From a virus (Duplodnaviria > Caudoviricetes), in IMG/VR virus record IMGVR_UViG_3300032212_000037, positions 1-42,324 of that record: DNA of 42,324 nt; one strand, given 5' to 3'. The position numbers were made by a program, and so were the translations under genes. The notes below the pieces were generated by a model that ran no database searches, was not told the origin of the DNA, and saw only the letters and a program-made list of their open reading frames with translations. This document shows, one piece after another, positions 25,568 through 34,706 of this stretch. Numbering within the stretch: position 1 is the stretch's first letter; each line of letters starts with the position of its first letter.

Positions 25568-28500
25568 TTCGCTGTAGCTACACCTCCGACCCGTTCTCCG
25601 GGTGCGAGCCGCGTTCATGGTCGGTCGCCTGGTCTCCCTGCGTATCCGCGCGGTCCCTGCTGCCCGAAGAGGGAGGGGAGTGCGTTGCGTGCTGGCGGAA
25701 TGGCGAGCTGGTCGAGGGGGACGACTGGGATCGGGAGTTGCTGAACATCGACCGGCTCCAGTTCGTCGAGGCCCCTGGAATCATCCCGGCCATCGGCTTC
25801 GCTCAGGCTGCGGTGTTTGGCGCCCAAGCCGCAGCCACTGCAGCGACCGTCGCATCCTTCGGCGCCCTCAAGCTGCTCGGCACGCTGGCCGCCAGCCTCG
25901 CCATCGGGAAGCTGCTCGGGCCCAAGGTCAAGCCGCTGACCCAAAGCGACCAGGACTCGGCCACCTACCGATTCGGCGGCATCACGTCGAACAAGAACGC
26001 CGAGGGCGCCCCGATCCCCGTTCTCTACGGCTCGCACGATGTCGGGGGATTGGAGATTGCCAAGTACACGGCGACGAGCGTTGACGGCACGGACCTCTGG
26101 GTCCTACTGCTGCTGTCTGACGGGCCGATCGAGAGCGTCGGTGGCCTTACGGCAGACGCCGACAACCTGACGAGCGAGAACGGCGATCTGCCTGAGGGCC
26201 TCCAGATCAATGGGCAGCCGGCTGGCAACTATGACGGGATTCGATGCTGGGTGCGCCTTGGAACCGAGGAGCAGACCGCCATCCCCGGCTTCGAGTCGTC
26301 CGTCGTTCAGTATGAGGTTGACCAGACGCTCCTGGAGTCGTTGAGCCCAGGCCCGGATAATGTTGAGTTGACCCCCGGCGTCTACGATCCGACCGACCCG
26401 ACCGACCTGGCCGAGCTCGATAAGTGGGACACGGCGATCACGCACGACTTCGCCACAGAGATCGATGCGTTCGAGGCGCTGATTGACTTTCCTGGCGGGC
26501 TGTATGCGACCGGATCTGGCGCGGCGCTGGCGAACAACCAGGCTAAGTTCCAGGTCCGGTATCGGCAGCTCAACGGGGGCGGGACGCCGACAGGGGACTA
26601 CATCGTCCTCCCGACAGAGACCACTGTCCAGAAGGCTGCATCCTCCCCCTTCACAGTCGCGTTCCGCCACGACACGATTGACTACACGGACTACGCGCCT
26701 CCCGTCCCGGGCCTCTACGCGACGATGGGGGCGAGCGCCTATGGGCAGATCGCGACCCCGACCGGCTTCGTCGCGAAGCAGAAATCGGAGGTCGAGGCCA
26801 CGGTCATCGTCTGGGCCCGCAATAACAACGCGGATGGGGTATGGGTCGACCTGTTCTCGCATCTATCAGCCACGGCCGGCTGGAGTTTCGAGGCCATGTT
26901 CGATACGACCCCCGCTGCGGGGGCTTCCCCTAGCGTTAAGTTCCGATGGACATACGGCGAGGGCGCGTCGCAGGGGACGTGGGTCACGCAGACAACGCCC
27001 TGGGACGCAGACGGCGGGATCCATCAGTTCGCCTTTGTCTACCGCTACAAGGACGCGGGGCAGGCAAACGTCGATGTCTACATCGATGGGGCTTACAGGC
27101 TCAAGACCTTCACAGATAACCCGATGGTCCTGGCGACTACGACGGCTATCGACATCGCCAACGGCGGCGCCTGGGACGTGGACGACTTCCGCTACTGGCA
27201 GAAGTCGCTGACCCACGGCGAGATTGCCGGCCAGTACGCGGGCGGGGTCGGCGCTGTGAGTTCTGGCACAGAGACCGGGATCGTGGTCTCGGTCGACTTC
27301 GATACAGTGTCTGCGGTATCAGCTGCGGACGCCACGGTCAACGGGAACACGGTAGTCTTCGCTGGTGGGGCCGCGATCTCGTCGGTAAATACAGGCGTCG
27401 TCACCACGCAGGATTCTGGAACCCCCCTGCGCTCGCGCTACCGTGTCGAGATCCAGCGGCTCGACGAGGACGACGGGCAATCGCTCGACCAGTCCGAGGC
27501 CCAGTGGGCGTCGGCTAAGGCCATCCTGTTCGATGAGTTCCGCTACCCCGGCGCTGCGATGCTGGGGGTCCGCATCCGAGCTACCGACCAGCTCTCTGGG
27601 TCTGCGCCTACGGTCACGGCGGCGGCCGAGGGCCGATACGTCCCGGTCTGGGATGGAGTGGACGAGAAGTTTCCGAGCTTCTCCTTTGATTATTCCCGCA
27701 ACCCGGCGTGGATCGCCCTGGATCTGGCGACGAACGAGGAGCATGGCCTGGGCCCGTACTTCCTGCTTGAGCGCGACCCGATCCTGTCCGACTTCAAGAC
27801 CCTCGCAGACTTCTGCGATGAGTGGGTGCCGACCGGCTTCACGTCGTTTGACACGACCGATGCCAGCAGCATCGACTACACGTACAGCGCGGGGGTGGCA
27901 ACGCTCACGTTCATCGGCGTAACCAGCTTCCCCGAGTACGCTGTCGGAGATGGCATCGCCATCCAGGGCTTCTCGTTCCCTACGTGGGACGGGGACGATG
28001 GGGAGGCGATCGAGCTAACGGCCGTGGATTACACGGTCGCCACGTCGACCCTCGTTCTGACTGGGACCTGGTACACGAACCAGGGCGCGCCGACGCCGAC
28101 GAGCGTGAGCGGCGCGCCCCTCGGCACGATCGAGAAGCGCGAGAAGCGTTATCTCTATGACGGCGTTTTTGACCGCCCCGAGTACGGCGCATGGGATGCG
28201 CTCGTCGCTGTCCTCCAGACGTGCCACGCCAAGCCGGTCCTGAACGGTCGGCGCCTGGGGGTCTTCATCGACCGCCCGCGCGACTCAGTTGGGATCATCG
28301 GCATGGGCGGGGTTGTCGAGGGCTCGTTCAGCACCAGCTACTCCTCGGTCAAGGAGCGCCCCAACGTAGTCGCTATCGAGATCCTCGACCGCGACGACGG
28401 TTACGAGCGGACCTGGGTCGAGCGCGAACACTCCACGGTCACAGACCCGACGAGCCAGGAGACGTTCCGGCGCCAGCGGCTGCGCCGAGATGGGGTCACC

Positions 28501-30228
28501 CGCAGGAGCCAGGCCCTACGGGACGCCACCCGCCAGCTCAACATCTCGCACATTCTGAATCGGAACGTCACCTTCGGCCTGGAGACCGAGGGGCTCTACC
28601 TGCGCGTGGGCGATCGGTTCGGCCTGGCGCACGACGTGCCCGGCTGGGGGACGTCCGGCCGGCTGCGCTCGAGCGCGTCTACGACCGTGGTCACCCTAGA
28701 CCGCGAAGTCGTGATCGATGGGTCATCCACCTACGAGCTCACGATCTGGAGCCCTGGAACAGGGGCCGCCGAGACCCAAGTCGTTTCCACCGGAGCGGGC
28801 ACGTACGCGGCTGGAGACTCGATCACGGTCTCATCCGCGTTCTCGTTCACGCCAGCCACGGGCGACCAGTATTCATTCGGGGTGGAAGATCTCCAGATCA
28901 AGGACTTCCAGGTCACGAACATTTCGGCAGACCCGGGCACCCTGCGCCGCACGATCGAGGCGATCGAGTACAGCTCCACGGTCTATGACGACGACTTCGG
29001 CGAGATCCTCGAGTCCCCGTCGACCCTGACCCCGCCCCCGTCCGAAGACGACATCCCCAACGCGCCCGCGTCCATGTCGGTCGCGGAGGGCAACGACCCC
29101 AGCGGCGACGGTACGGCCGGCAATTACATCGATGTCTCATGGAGCCACCACCCCGACACGATCCGCAATGTCGCGGGAACCGAGCTCTGGCTGCAGGAGG
29201 TCGGCGTCGGCGAGCCGTACAAAGTCGCGGACATCCCCGGGCTCGCCGAGCGCCACAGGATCGCGCAGGTCGGGCTGGAAGCCGAATCCACCTACAAGGT
29301 ATACGTCCGACCCTACAGCCGCAACCGGCGCATGGTGTACGTCAAGGCGAACCCTTACGCGACAATCACGCTCGAGGGCTTGGGCCAGCCGCCGAACAAG
29401 CCGATCTCATTCGGCACGCTCCAGGCCACGGACAAGGTGGTTTACACATGGTCCCCCGGGAGCGCGCGTTATCGGCTCTCCGATGAACTGCGCACGGGTG
29501 GCTGGATCCTTGGATTCCCGATCGGGCAGGCCGTCAAGGGGGCGGGGCGCTTGGGGCCTACCGCGTCGTGGCTCACACTTCCGACTAGCGCAGCGGGCAG
29601 GGCTGCGCCGGACATCCTGGTTCGCAGCCTCGGCTATACGGGCCAGCCCGGCCGGGCTCGAGCGTCGTCTGTGGATTTCGACCCTCCGGGCGAGGTGGTC
29701 TACGACTCAAGCCTTGAGGACGAGGGCACGGGATGGACCGGCGCCACGTTGTCGAACATGGTCGTGACCGGCACAAGCCCCAGCGCGACGGTCGGATTTA
29801 CGGGGTCAAACCTCGCAGGCTACATTGAATGGGACGTGACCAGCCTTCCCTGCGCTGGATGGTATTACGTTTTCTTCGGCTACGAGGCCGATCAGCTCCA
29901 CCCGCGACCGTGGTCGGAGGCCACCGAAACCTGGGGATCGATCGAGGCGCAGCGGTGGACGTGGGAAGGCCCCATCTTCGGCGACTACAACGGGACGGCC
30001 AACATCACCCGGCGCCCGCTGGTCACATTCTCTGACACGACGTCTGTCGCCACATCAGGGCTGCAGCAGTACGTCCCCGGCCTGAACCACTTTCGGTCTA
30101 TGCGATTCAGGCTCCAGTTCAACAGGCCTGACTCGTCGCTTGACGTGGAGGTCCGGCGCATGGCTATCCGCATCGTCAAGCCCTACGACCAACACAGAAA
30201 CCCGATGGCAAGCGAGGCGTTCGAGTGA
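25564..30228 (+). CDS. Tail tip/host-specificity protein (gpI+gpJ-like, 1554 aa) with LamG-like insertion
   Basis: GAPIPVLYG, LSDGPIE, RYPGAA.LG, SRNPAW, GDRF...HD; insert with HQFAFVY, VYIDG, VDDFRYWQKSLT. Confidence 0.9.
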   Translation: MIRCSYTSDPFSGCEPRSWSVAWSPCVSARSLLPEEGGECVACWRNGELVEGDDWDRELLNIDRLQFVEAPGIIPAIGFAQAAVFGAQAAATAATVASFGALKLLGTLAASLAIGKLLGPKVKPLTQSDQDSATYRFGGITSNKNAEGAPIPVLYGSHDVGGLEIAKYTATSVDGTDLWVLLLLSDGPIESVGGLTADADNLTSENGDLPEGLQINGQPAGNYDGIRCWVRLGTEEQTAIPGFESSVVQYEVDQTLLESLSPGPDNVELTPGVYDPTDPTDLAELDKWDTAITHDFATEIDAFEALIDFPGGLYATGSGAALANNQAKFQVRYRQLNGGGTPTGDYIVLPTETTVQKAASSPFTVAFRHDTIDYTDYAPPVPGLYATMGASAYGQIATPTGFVAKQKSEVEATVIVWARNNNADGVWVDLFSHLSATAGWSFEAMFDTTPAAGASPSVKFRWTYGEGASQGTWVTQTTPWDADGGIHQFAFVYRYKDAGQANVDVYIDGAYRLKTFTDNPMVLATTTAIDIANGGAWDVDDFRYWQKSLTHGEIAGQYAGGVGAVSSGTETGIVVSVDFDTVSAVSAADATVNGNTVVFAGGAAISSVNTGVVTTQDSGTPLRSRYRVEIQRLDEDDGQSLDQSEAQWASAKAILFDEFRYPGAAMLGVRIRATDQLSGSAPTVTAAAEGRYVPVWDGVDEKFPSFSFDYSRNPAWIALDLATNEEHGLGPYFLLERDPILSDFKTLADFCDEWVPTGFTSFDTTDASSIDYTYSAGVATLTFIGVTSFPEYAVGDGIAIQGFSFPTWDGDDGEAIELTAVDYTVATSTLVLTGTWYTNQGAPTPTSVSGAPLGTIEKREKRYLYDGVFDRPEYGAWDALVAVLQTCHAKPVLNGRRLGVFIDRPRDSVGIIGMGGVVEGSFSTSYSSVKERPNVVAIEILDRDDGYERTWVEREHSTVTDPTSQETFRRQRLRRDGVTRRSQALRDATRQLNISHILNRNVTFGLETEGLYLRVGDRFGLAHDVPGWGTSGRLRSSASTTVVTLDREVVIDGSSTYELTIWSPGTGAAETQVVSTGAGTYAAGDSITVSSAFSFTPATGDQYSFGVEDLQIKDFQVTNISADPGTLRRTIEAIEYSSTVYDDDFGEILESPSTLTPPPSEDDIPNAPASMSVAEGNDPSGDGTAGNYIDVSWSHHPDTIRNVAGTELWLQEVGVGEPYKVADIPGLAERHRIAQVGLEAESTYKVYVRPYSRNRRMVYVKANPYATITLEGLGQPPNKPISFGTLQATDKVVYTWSPGSARYRLSDELRTGGWILGFPIGQAVKGAGRLGPTASWLTLPTSAAGRAAPDILVRSLGYTGQPGRARASSVDFDPPGEVVYDSSLEDEGTGWTGATLSNMVVTGTSPSATVGFTGSNLAGYIEWDVTSLPCAGWYYVFFGYEADQLHPRPWSEATETWGSIEAQRWTWEGPIFGDYNGTANITRRPLVTFSDTTSVATSGLQQYVPGLNHFRSMRFRLQFNRPDSSLDVEVRRMAIRIVKPYDQHRNPMASEAFE

Positions 30229-30590
30229 GCCAAGCCTTCACAGCCGCTCTACTGAGCGCGAGCACCAATGGCCGACCGATCAAGGTCGCCGCAACGTCCA
30301 GCCCTGGCACCACGATCCACACGGATCAGACCAACGCCACCGGCAGCATGGACCGGGTGACCCTCTGGGCCACGAACACGCACACAGCCGCCGTGACCCT
30401 CACCGTCCAGTGGGGCGGCACAACGTCGCCGGACGATCACGCCAACGTCGTCGAGCTCCAGCCCAACCGCCGCGCCTTGATCGCGGATGGGGAGCCGATC
30501 GCAGGAGGCCTGGTCATCAAAGCCTTCGCGGGCACGACCAACGTCGTGATCGTGTCCGGCTACGTGAACAGGGTGGACGCGTTCTCATGA
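30225..30590 (+). CDS. Putative virion structural protein
   Basis: Beta-rich 121 aa; STNGRPIKVAAT..PGTTIHT; after the J-like gene. Confidence 0.65.
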   Translation: MSQAFTAALLSASTNGRPIKVAATSSPGTTIHTDQTNATGSMDRVTLWATNTHTAAVTLTVQWGGTTSPDDHANVVELQPNRRALIADGEPIAGGLVIKAFAGTTNVVIVSGYVNRVDAFS

Positions 30591-31081
30591 GGCGCCAGCT
30601 CGGGGAGGTCTACGACCAGGGGTGGAGCGGCGCTACCTTCCCGACCTACGCGGAGCCCGGTCTCCGTTGGTTCCGCACAGACCTCGATCGGTGGTTTTAT
30701 TACGACGACACCCGATCCAAGTGGCTCGGAAACGACATGAAGTGCTTCGCCTTTATGAAGTTCTCCAACGTCGTGAACGCCTACATAAACTGGGAGGACG
30801 ATAGTTATCCCAGCAGCGCCACAAACGGCTACGTCGCCCCCGTTGACCTCTGCCTCGTCGAAATGTCGGGCGTGATCCTCGGCTCGAGCACATGCACAGT
30901 GGAGGTCCGAGACGACGGGGTTAGCTCTGGTGGCCTTGCCTTCTCGGCGGCCACGAAAGCTAACGATTCAACACTCAACGGGAGCACGATCGCAGCCGGG
31001 TCGGTCGTCTCCTGCTACATCAATGGCACGGCAAACCTCGCCATGCTGTTCCAGGCCGGCCTGAGAGAGGTAGCCACATGA
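30587..31081 (+). CDS. Putative tail-fibre-associated protein
   Basis: GLRWFRTD..RWFYYD...W repeat-type motif seen in fibre proteins; ATGA coupling. Confidence 0.6.
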   Translation: MRRQLGEVYDQGWSGATFPTYAEPGLRWFRTDLDRWFYYDDTRSKWLGNDMKCFAFMKFSNVVNAYINWEDDSYPSSATNGYVAPVDLCLVEMSGVILGSSTCTVEVRDDGVSSGGLAFSAATKANDSTLNGSTIAAGSVVSCYINGTANLAMLFQAGLREVAT

Positions 31082-31461
31082 CCGACACCGCATGGTTCAC
31101 GTCCCTAAGCGCGTCTGACACGCTCTCCGAGAGCCGCGCCACGATCAACACGAATCTCGGCCTGGCTCGCAAGGCCACCGTGGTCGAGATCGACAGCGGC
31201 GACAGCCCGTACACGGCAGCCGATTCCGAGCTGATCCTGTGCGATTGCACGTCCGGGGGCATCACTGTGAACCTCCCCGCCGTGGCGTCAGGGCTCGTCT
31301 ACACGGTCAAGAAGACAGACGGCAGCGTCAACGCAGCAGTTGTCGACGGCGACAGCTCCGAAACGATCGACGGCGCCACGACCCAATCCCTCACATCCCA
31401 GTACGACTCCGTGACCATCATTGGCGGGAGCTCGGAATGGTCCATCATCTCCACCATCTGA
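31078..31461 (+). CDS. Tail-fibre-like beta domain protein
   Basis: DCTSGGITVNLP...VKKTDGS.N.....SETIDGATT..L..QYDSVTI. Confidence 0.7.
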   Translation: MTDTAWFTSLSASDTLSESRATINTNLGLARKATVVEIDSGDSPYTAADSELILCDCTSGGITVNLPAVASGLVYTVKKTDGSVNAAVVDGDSSETIDGATTQSLTSQYDSVTIIGGSSEWSIISTI

Positions 31462-31476
31462 CCCGAGAGAGACCCC

Positions 31477-31683
31477 ATGAAACCTGGCATCAAGTCAACC
31501 GAGTTCTGGGCCCTGCCCGCCATCATGGCCGCCATCGCTGGCGACCCCGACAACGCCCCCTGGTACGCGGCCATCTACGCCGCCTACGCGGCCATGCGGG
31601 CCGTCGTGAAGGGGTTCTCCCGTAGCGCGCCTGAGGGCCTCGCTGGTGGCGCCGCGACGCAGGAGGCCCCCGATGTTGCGTAG
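31477..31683 (+). CDS. Putative holin-like membrane protein
   Basis: MKPGIKSTEFW followed by two short hydrophobic helices; end of late operon. Confidence 0.5.
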   Translation: MKPGIKSTEFWALPAIMAAIAGDPDNAPWYAAIYAAYAAMRAVVKGFSRSAPEGLAGGAATQEAPDVA

Positions 31684-31999
31684 GCTCGCCATCGTCGCCC
31701 TGGCAGCGTCCTGCGCGTCCTGCGCTGGCCTGTCCGATTTCCTGGCCCAGCCGCTCGACGGATCGCCCCCCCTGCCCCAAGCGGAGGGGGTCGAGATCGA
31801 GCTCCCCGATGGCGCCGGATCCGTGGAGTACACCCCCCCGGCCCCAAAGCCCGTGCCGACCGTGGGCGACGCTGTGGGCCAGACGGCCGGCAACGTCCTG
31901 GGTATGCTCCTGGGGAACCCGGCGCTGGGGCTATTGCTTGGCGCTGGCGGTATCGCAGCGGCCGGTGCGGTGGCTGGTAGGGGCAAGCCATCAGCCTGA
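31673..31999 (+). CDS. Putative lipoprotein with C-terminal TM (possible u-spanin-like)
   Basis: AGGAGG SD; MLRRLAIVALAASC lipobox-like; Pro-rich middle; hydrophobic C-terminus. Confidence 0.55.
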   Translation: MLRRLAIVALAASCASCAGLSDFLAQPLDGSPPLPQAEGVEIELPDGAGSVEYTPPAPKPVPTVGDAVGQTAGNVLGMLLGNPALGLLLGAGGIAAAGAVAGRGKPSA

Positions 32000-32087
32000 T
32001 TGACCGATGGCGCCGCTGGACCACATTGGGCTCTCGGCGGCGCCCTTGCAATTGCGACAAGCTAGGCGCTTACCAGACCTACCTCAG

Positions 32088-33104
32088 ATGACAAACCAGA
32101 AGCCGAGTTCCCCCTCTGTCAACAGCCTAGACGGGCGAGTCGGGACTATCGAGTCAGAGATCAGCAGGCAATCCGCCGAGGGCCGCGCATTGCGGACCGA
32201 CGTGGAAAGGCTCACCCAAGCGTTCGAGGGGTTCGCTAGGGACGTTCGGATGTTCATGCAGAGCACCGGGCGCCTAGACATGCGGCTCGTCGCCACGTTC
32301 ATCGGTATCGGCCTCTCAGCTGTAGCCTTGACCCTCACGATTGGGGGCATGTACCTAGCTCCGACGAACGAGCGGGTCCGTGCGAACGACGCATCCATCT
32401 CCGACCTAGAGGCCAGGTCGAGCGCCACAGCCGCGTCTAGGTGGACCGAAGGCGATCAAGATGCTTTTGAGTCGGAGATGCGAAGATCCTTCGCGGACAC
32501 CGAGGCCCACCTAGACCGACATGAGGCCCTCGCCGGGCACCCGATGGCCCTCGAGCGGACAGCGCAGAACGCTGCCGCGATAGTCAAGCTAGACGAGACT
32601 CTCCAGCGGGAAATGCGTCTTCTGGACGACGCCCTACAACGCGAGATGCGAATGCTCCTAGATGGGCCGATGGAGACCCTCCAGGCTGTCTCATCTAGGC
32701 TGGAGAAGGCAGAGGCCCTGGCCTCCCAGACGCACGATTGGGGGATGCTCCATGAGGCGCAGGTGTCAAGCCTGAACGCCAATCAGACGGAGCGGATCGA
32801 AGAGGCCCGGAGGGAGCTTGTCGAGCTCGCTCGGCTTATCGAGAAGAACGCGGACGCATTCACTGAGCACACCAGCAACGGGCACCCGGCTAGCGTGATG
32901 TCCCACGTCGACACCCTGGCCGATCGGCTGGACGACCTCTCAGACGGGATACAGGCTCGCCAAGAGTGGCTCATGGAGGCTAACGCCGCGATGGCTGCTA
33001 GAGACGCCGGGTATCACGCTCGAATCGAGGAGCTGGAGAGGCAGATCCGCGAGATCAGCAGCGAGCAGCGACGCCGGACCGAAAAGGTCTACGCGACCCC
33101 CTGA
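32088..33104 (+). CDS. Single-TM long coiled-coil protein (338 aa)
   Basis: LVATFIGIGLSAVALTLTIGGMYL TM; heptad-rich; internal repeat LQREMR(L/M)L(L)D. Confidence 0.7.
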   Translation: MTNQKPSSPSVNSLDGRVGTIESEISRQSAEGRALRTDVERLTQAFEGFARDVRMFMQSTGRLDMRLVATFIGIGLSAVALTLTIGGMYLAPTNERVRANDASISDLEARSSATAASRWTEGDQDAFESEMRRSFADTEAHLDRHEALAGHPMALERTAQNAAAIVKLDETLQREMRLLDDALQREMRMLLDGPMETLQAVSSRLEKAEALASQTHDWGMLHEAQVSSLNANQTERIEEARRELVELARLIEKNADAFTEHTSNGHPASVMSHVDTLADRLDDLSDGIQARQEWLMEANAAMAARDAGYHARIEELERQIREISSEQRRRTEKVYATP

Positions 33105-33111
33105 ACGTAAG

Positions 33112-33356
33112 TGGGGCCTGGCGCATGAGGAACGCCAGGCCCCTGGGCCATCTAAGGCCCCAGTAGGAGATGTGGGCGGCGCTAGGCAGAGCACGGCCAG
33201 CACCGCGCGCGGACTGTACTCAATGCCGGGCCCGCCCTCAATAGAGCGGGCCGACCCCCAGGGAGGGGCCGGCCCGACTCACCTTCAACCCCACTCTCAA
33301 GGGGTGCCTAGGCCACGCGGCCTAGTGCTCTCATGGTGTACCGCGGCGCAGCCCAG
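33112..33356 (+). ncRNA. Candidate structured RNA / regulatory element (strand uncertain)
   Basis: At least five local hairpins plus two nested long-range helices in a 270-nt intergenic gap. Confidence 0.35.
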
Positions 33357-33373
33357 ATTGCTAGGATGAATCC

Positions 33374-33754
33374 ATGGCAGCTTCTCCGACCGCGCGTAGC
33401 TTGGCTCATGCCAGGAAGATGGGATGGCTGGCCGGCGTCGTGGAGAAGTGGAATCCGCACGCCCGCATCCGGCAAGACCTACTGGGGTTTATCGACCTGA
33501 TTGTGCTGGATAGCCTCGCAGGCACGCTCGCCGTCCAGGCCACATCCGCAAGCAACGTCTCGAGCCGGGTCGCCAAGATCAAGGCGAGCGAGAACGCCGC
33601 CCGGTGGCTTGCCGAGGGGAACCGGGTCCAGGTCTGGGGCTGGAAGCGGATACCCAAGGGTAAGAGCTGCCGGTACGAGCTGCGGGTGGTCGAGATCGCG
33701 GCAGCGGACTTTCCTGCGCAGGAAACGATTCCTGTTGAGGAAAGCCCCGGCTAG
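33374..33754 (+). CDS. PD-(D/E)xK nuclease, putative Holliday junction resolvase-like
   Basis: VEKWN...QDLLGFIDLI...AVQAT...VQVWGW pattern. Confidence 0.7.
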   Translation: MAASPTARSLAHARKMGWLAGVVEKWNPHARIRQDLLGFIDLIVLDSLAGTLAVQATSASNVSSRVAKIKASENAARWLAEGNRVQVWGWKRIPKGKSCRYELRVVEIAAADFPAQETIPVEESPG

Positions 33755-33939
33755 ATGTCTTCGCCCATCCCCACTTCCCAGGCGTCGTATGCCTGGTCCT
33801 CAAGCCGATGAATGACAGTCAACGCCTCTTCGGCTAGGGCGCGCCAAGCATCCCGAGCCTCGGATGGGTCCATCGGCTCCCAGTTTTGCAGCTCAACGGC
33901 CTTGTCGTGGATCGTGCTTCTTTGCGGTGTGCTTGCCAC
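33751..33939 (-). CDS. Hypothetical protein (62 aa)
   Basis: GGAGAG SD upstream; its stop overlaps the convergent gene's stop in CTAG. Confidence 0.6.
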   Translation of the reverse strand: MASTPQRSTIHDKAVELQNWEPMDPSEARDAWRALAEEALTVIHRLEDQAYDAWEVGMGEDI

Positions 33940-33951
33940 TGTCTCTCCGTT

Positions 33952-33969
33952 CGCGTTTCGCGAAATGCG
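33952..33969. promoter_or_regulatory. 18-bp near-perfect palindrome (operator-like or hairpin)
   Basis: cgcgtttcg|cgaaatgcg, one mismatch, intergenic. Confidence 0.35.
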
Positions 33970-33984
33970 TAAACCGTTGCCCAG

Positions 33985-34236
33985 TTAAGGGGTGTGCCCC
34001 AGTTGGGGCAACTCGGGCGGGGCGGGCAGCGGCATCCAGTGGGTGGGAGTGAAGTAGCCTTCGAGCATCTCTCTGCCGAGCGACGATCGGTAGAACCACC
34101 AGCCGACATCATCAGGGTCTGTTTCGGTCCCGTCGTCCCAGTAGGCGATATGCGCAAACGCTACGCCTGCCGCCTGATAGAAGACGAGGACGTCCGCCCC
34201 ATCCTTCGGCGCAGTCTCGATCGGTTGCCATTCCAT
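33985..34236 (-). CDS. DUF551-family protein
   Basis: MEWQPIETAPKDG...PTHWMPLPAPP. Confidence 0.85.
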   Translation of the reverse strand: MEWQPIETAPKDGADVLVFYQAAGVAFAHIAYWDDGTETDPDDVGWWFYRSSLGREMLEGYFTPTHWMPLPAPPELPQLGHTP

Positions 34237-34334
34237 CACGTCGGCCTCCCCGTCTTGTGGTACAGCGCCAGGAGCCCCAGCACCGCGAAGGTAACGCAAC
34301 CCCAGTGCGCCCAGGCGAAGATTTCAGCGATCAT
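34236..34334 (-). CDS. Hydrophobic microprotein (32 aa), absent from the ORF track
   Basis: MIAEIFAWAHWGCVTFAVLGLLALYHKTGRPT; GGAGG SD; TGATG coupling to the DUF551 gene. Confidence 0.55.
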   Translation of the reverse strand: MIAEIFAWAHWGCVTFAVLGLLALYHKTGRPT

Positions 34335-34518
34335 CGGTGGCCTCCCGCCCGTCTTTGAGCAACTCCATGAGGCGAGCCCGCTCCATGCGGCGGCCCACTT
34401 CCGCGCCCAGGATCTCAGTTAGAGATCGGGCGATCTCGACTTGGGACCGCTTTCCAGCGCCGGGGACGACTAGGCGTTTCGCTAGGCCCATCACTTCCTG
34501 GAATAGAGCATCGCTCAC
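34324..34518 (-). CDS. Hypothetical protein (64 aa)
   Basis: GGAGG SD; GTGA coupling. Confidence 0.6.
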   Translation of the reverse strand: MSDALFQEVMGLAKRLVVPGAGKRSQVEIARSLTEILGAEVGRRMERARLMELLKDGREATDDR

Positions 34519-34706
34519 ACCACCACCTCCCGCCGGCAAGCCCGGCGCACCACTTCCACGATCACGGGCTGCGCTTCGTCGCGCAGATCATCCACCACTT
34601 CGGCCAGGCGGTCGAAGGCTGCCGGCGAACCGTCGTGCCGCTCCCACGCAATGCCGAAGCGGAGCATGAGGCGGTCGGCGCGGCCTTTGGCTTCCCGGTG
34701 GTCCAC
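34515..34706 (-). CDS. Hypothetical protein (63 aa)
   Basis: Coupled to neighbours in the early operon. Confidence 0.55.
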   Translation of the reverse strand: MDHREAKGRADRLMLRFGIAWERHDGSPAAFDRLAEVVDDLRDEAQPVIVEVVRRACRREVVV

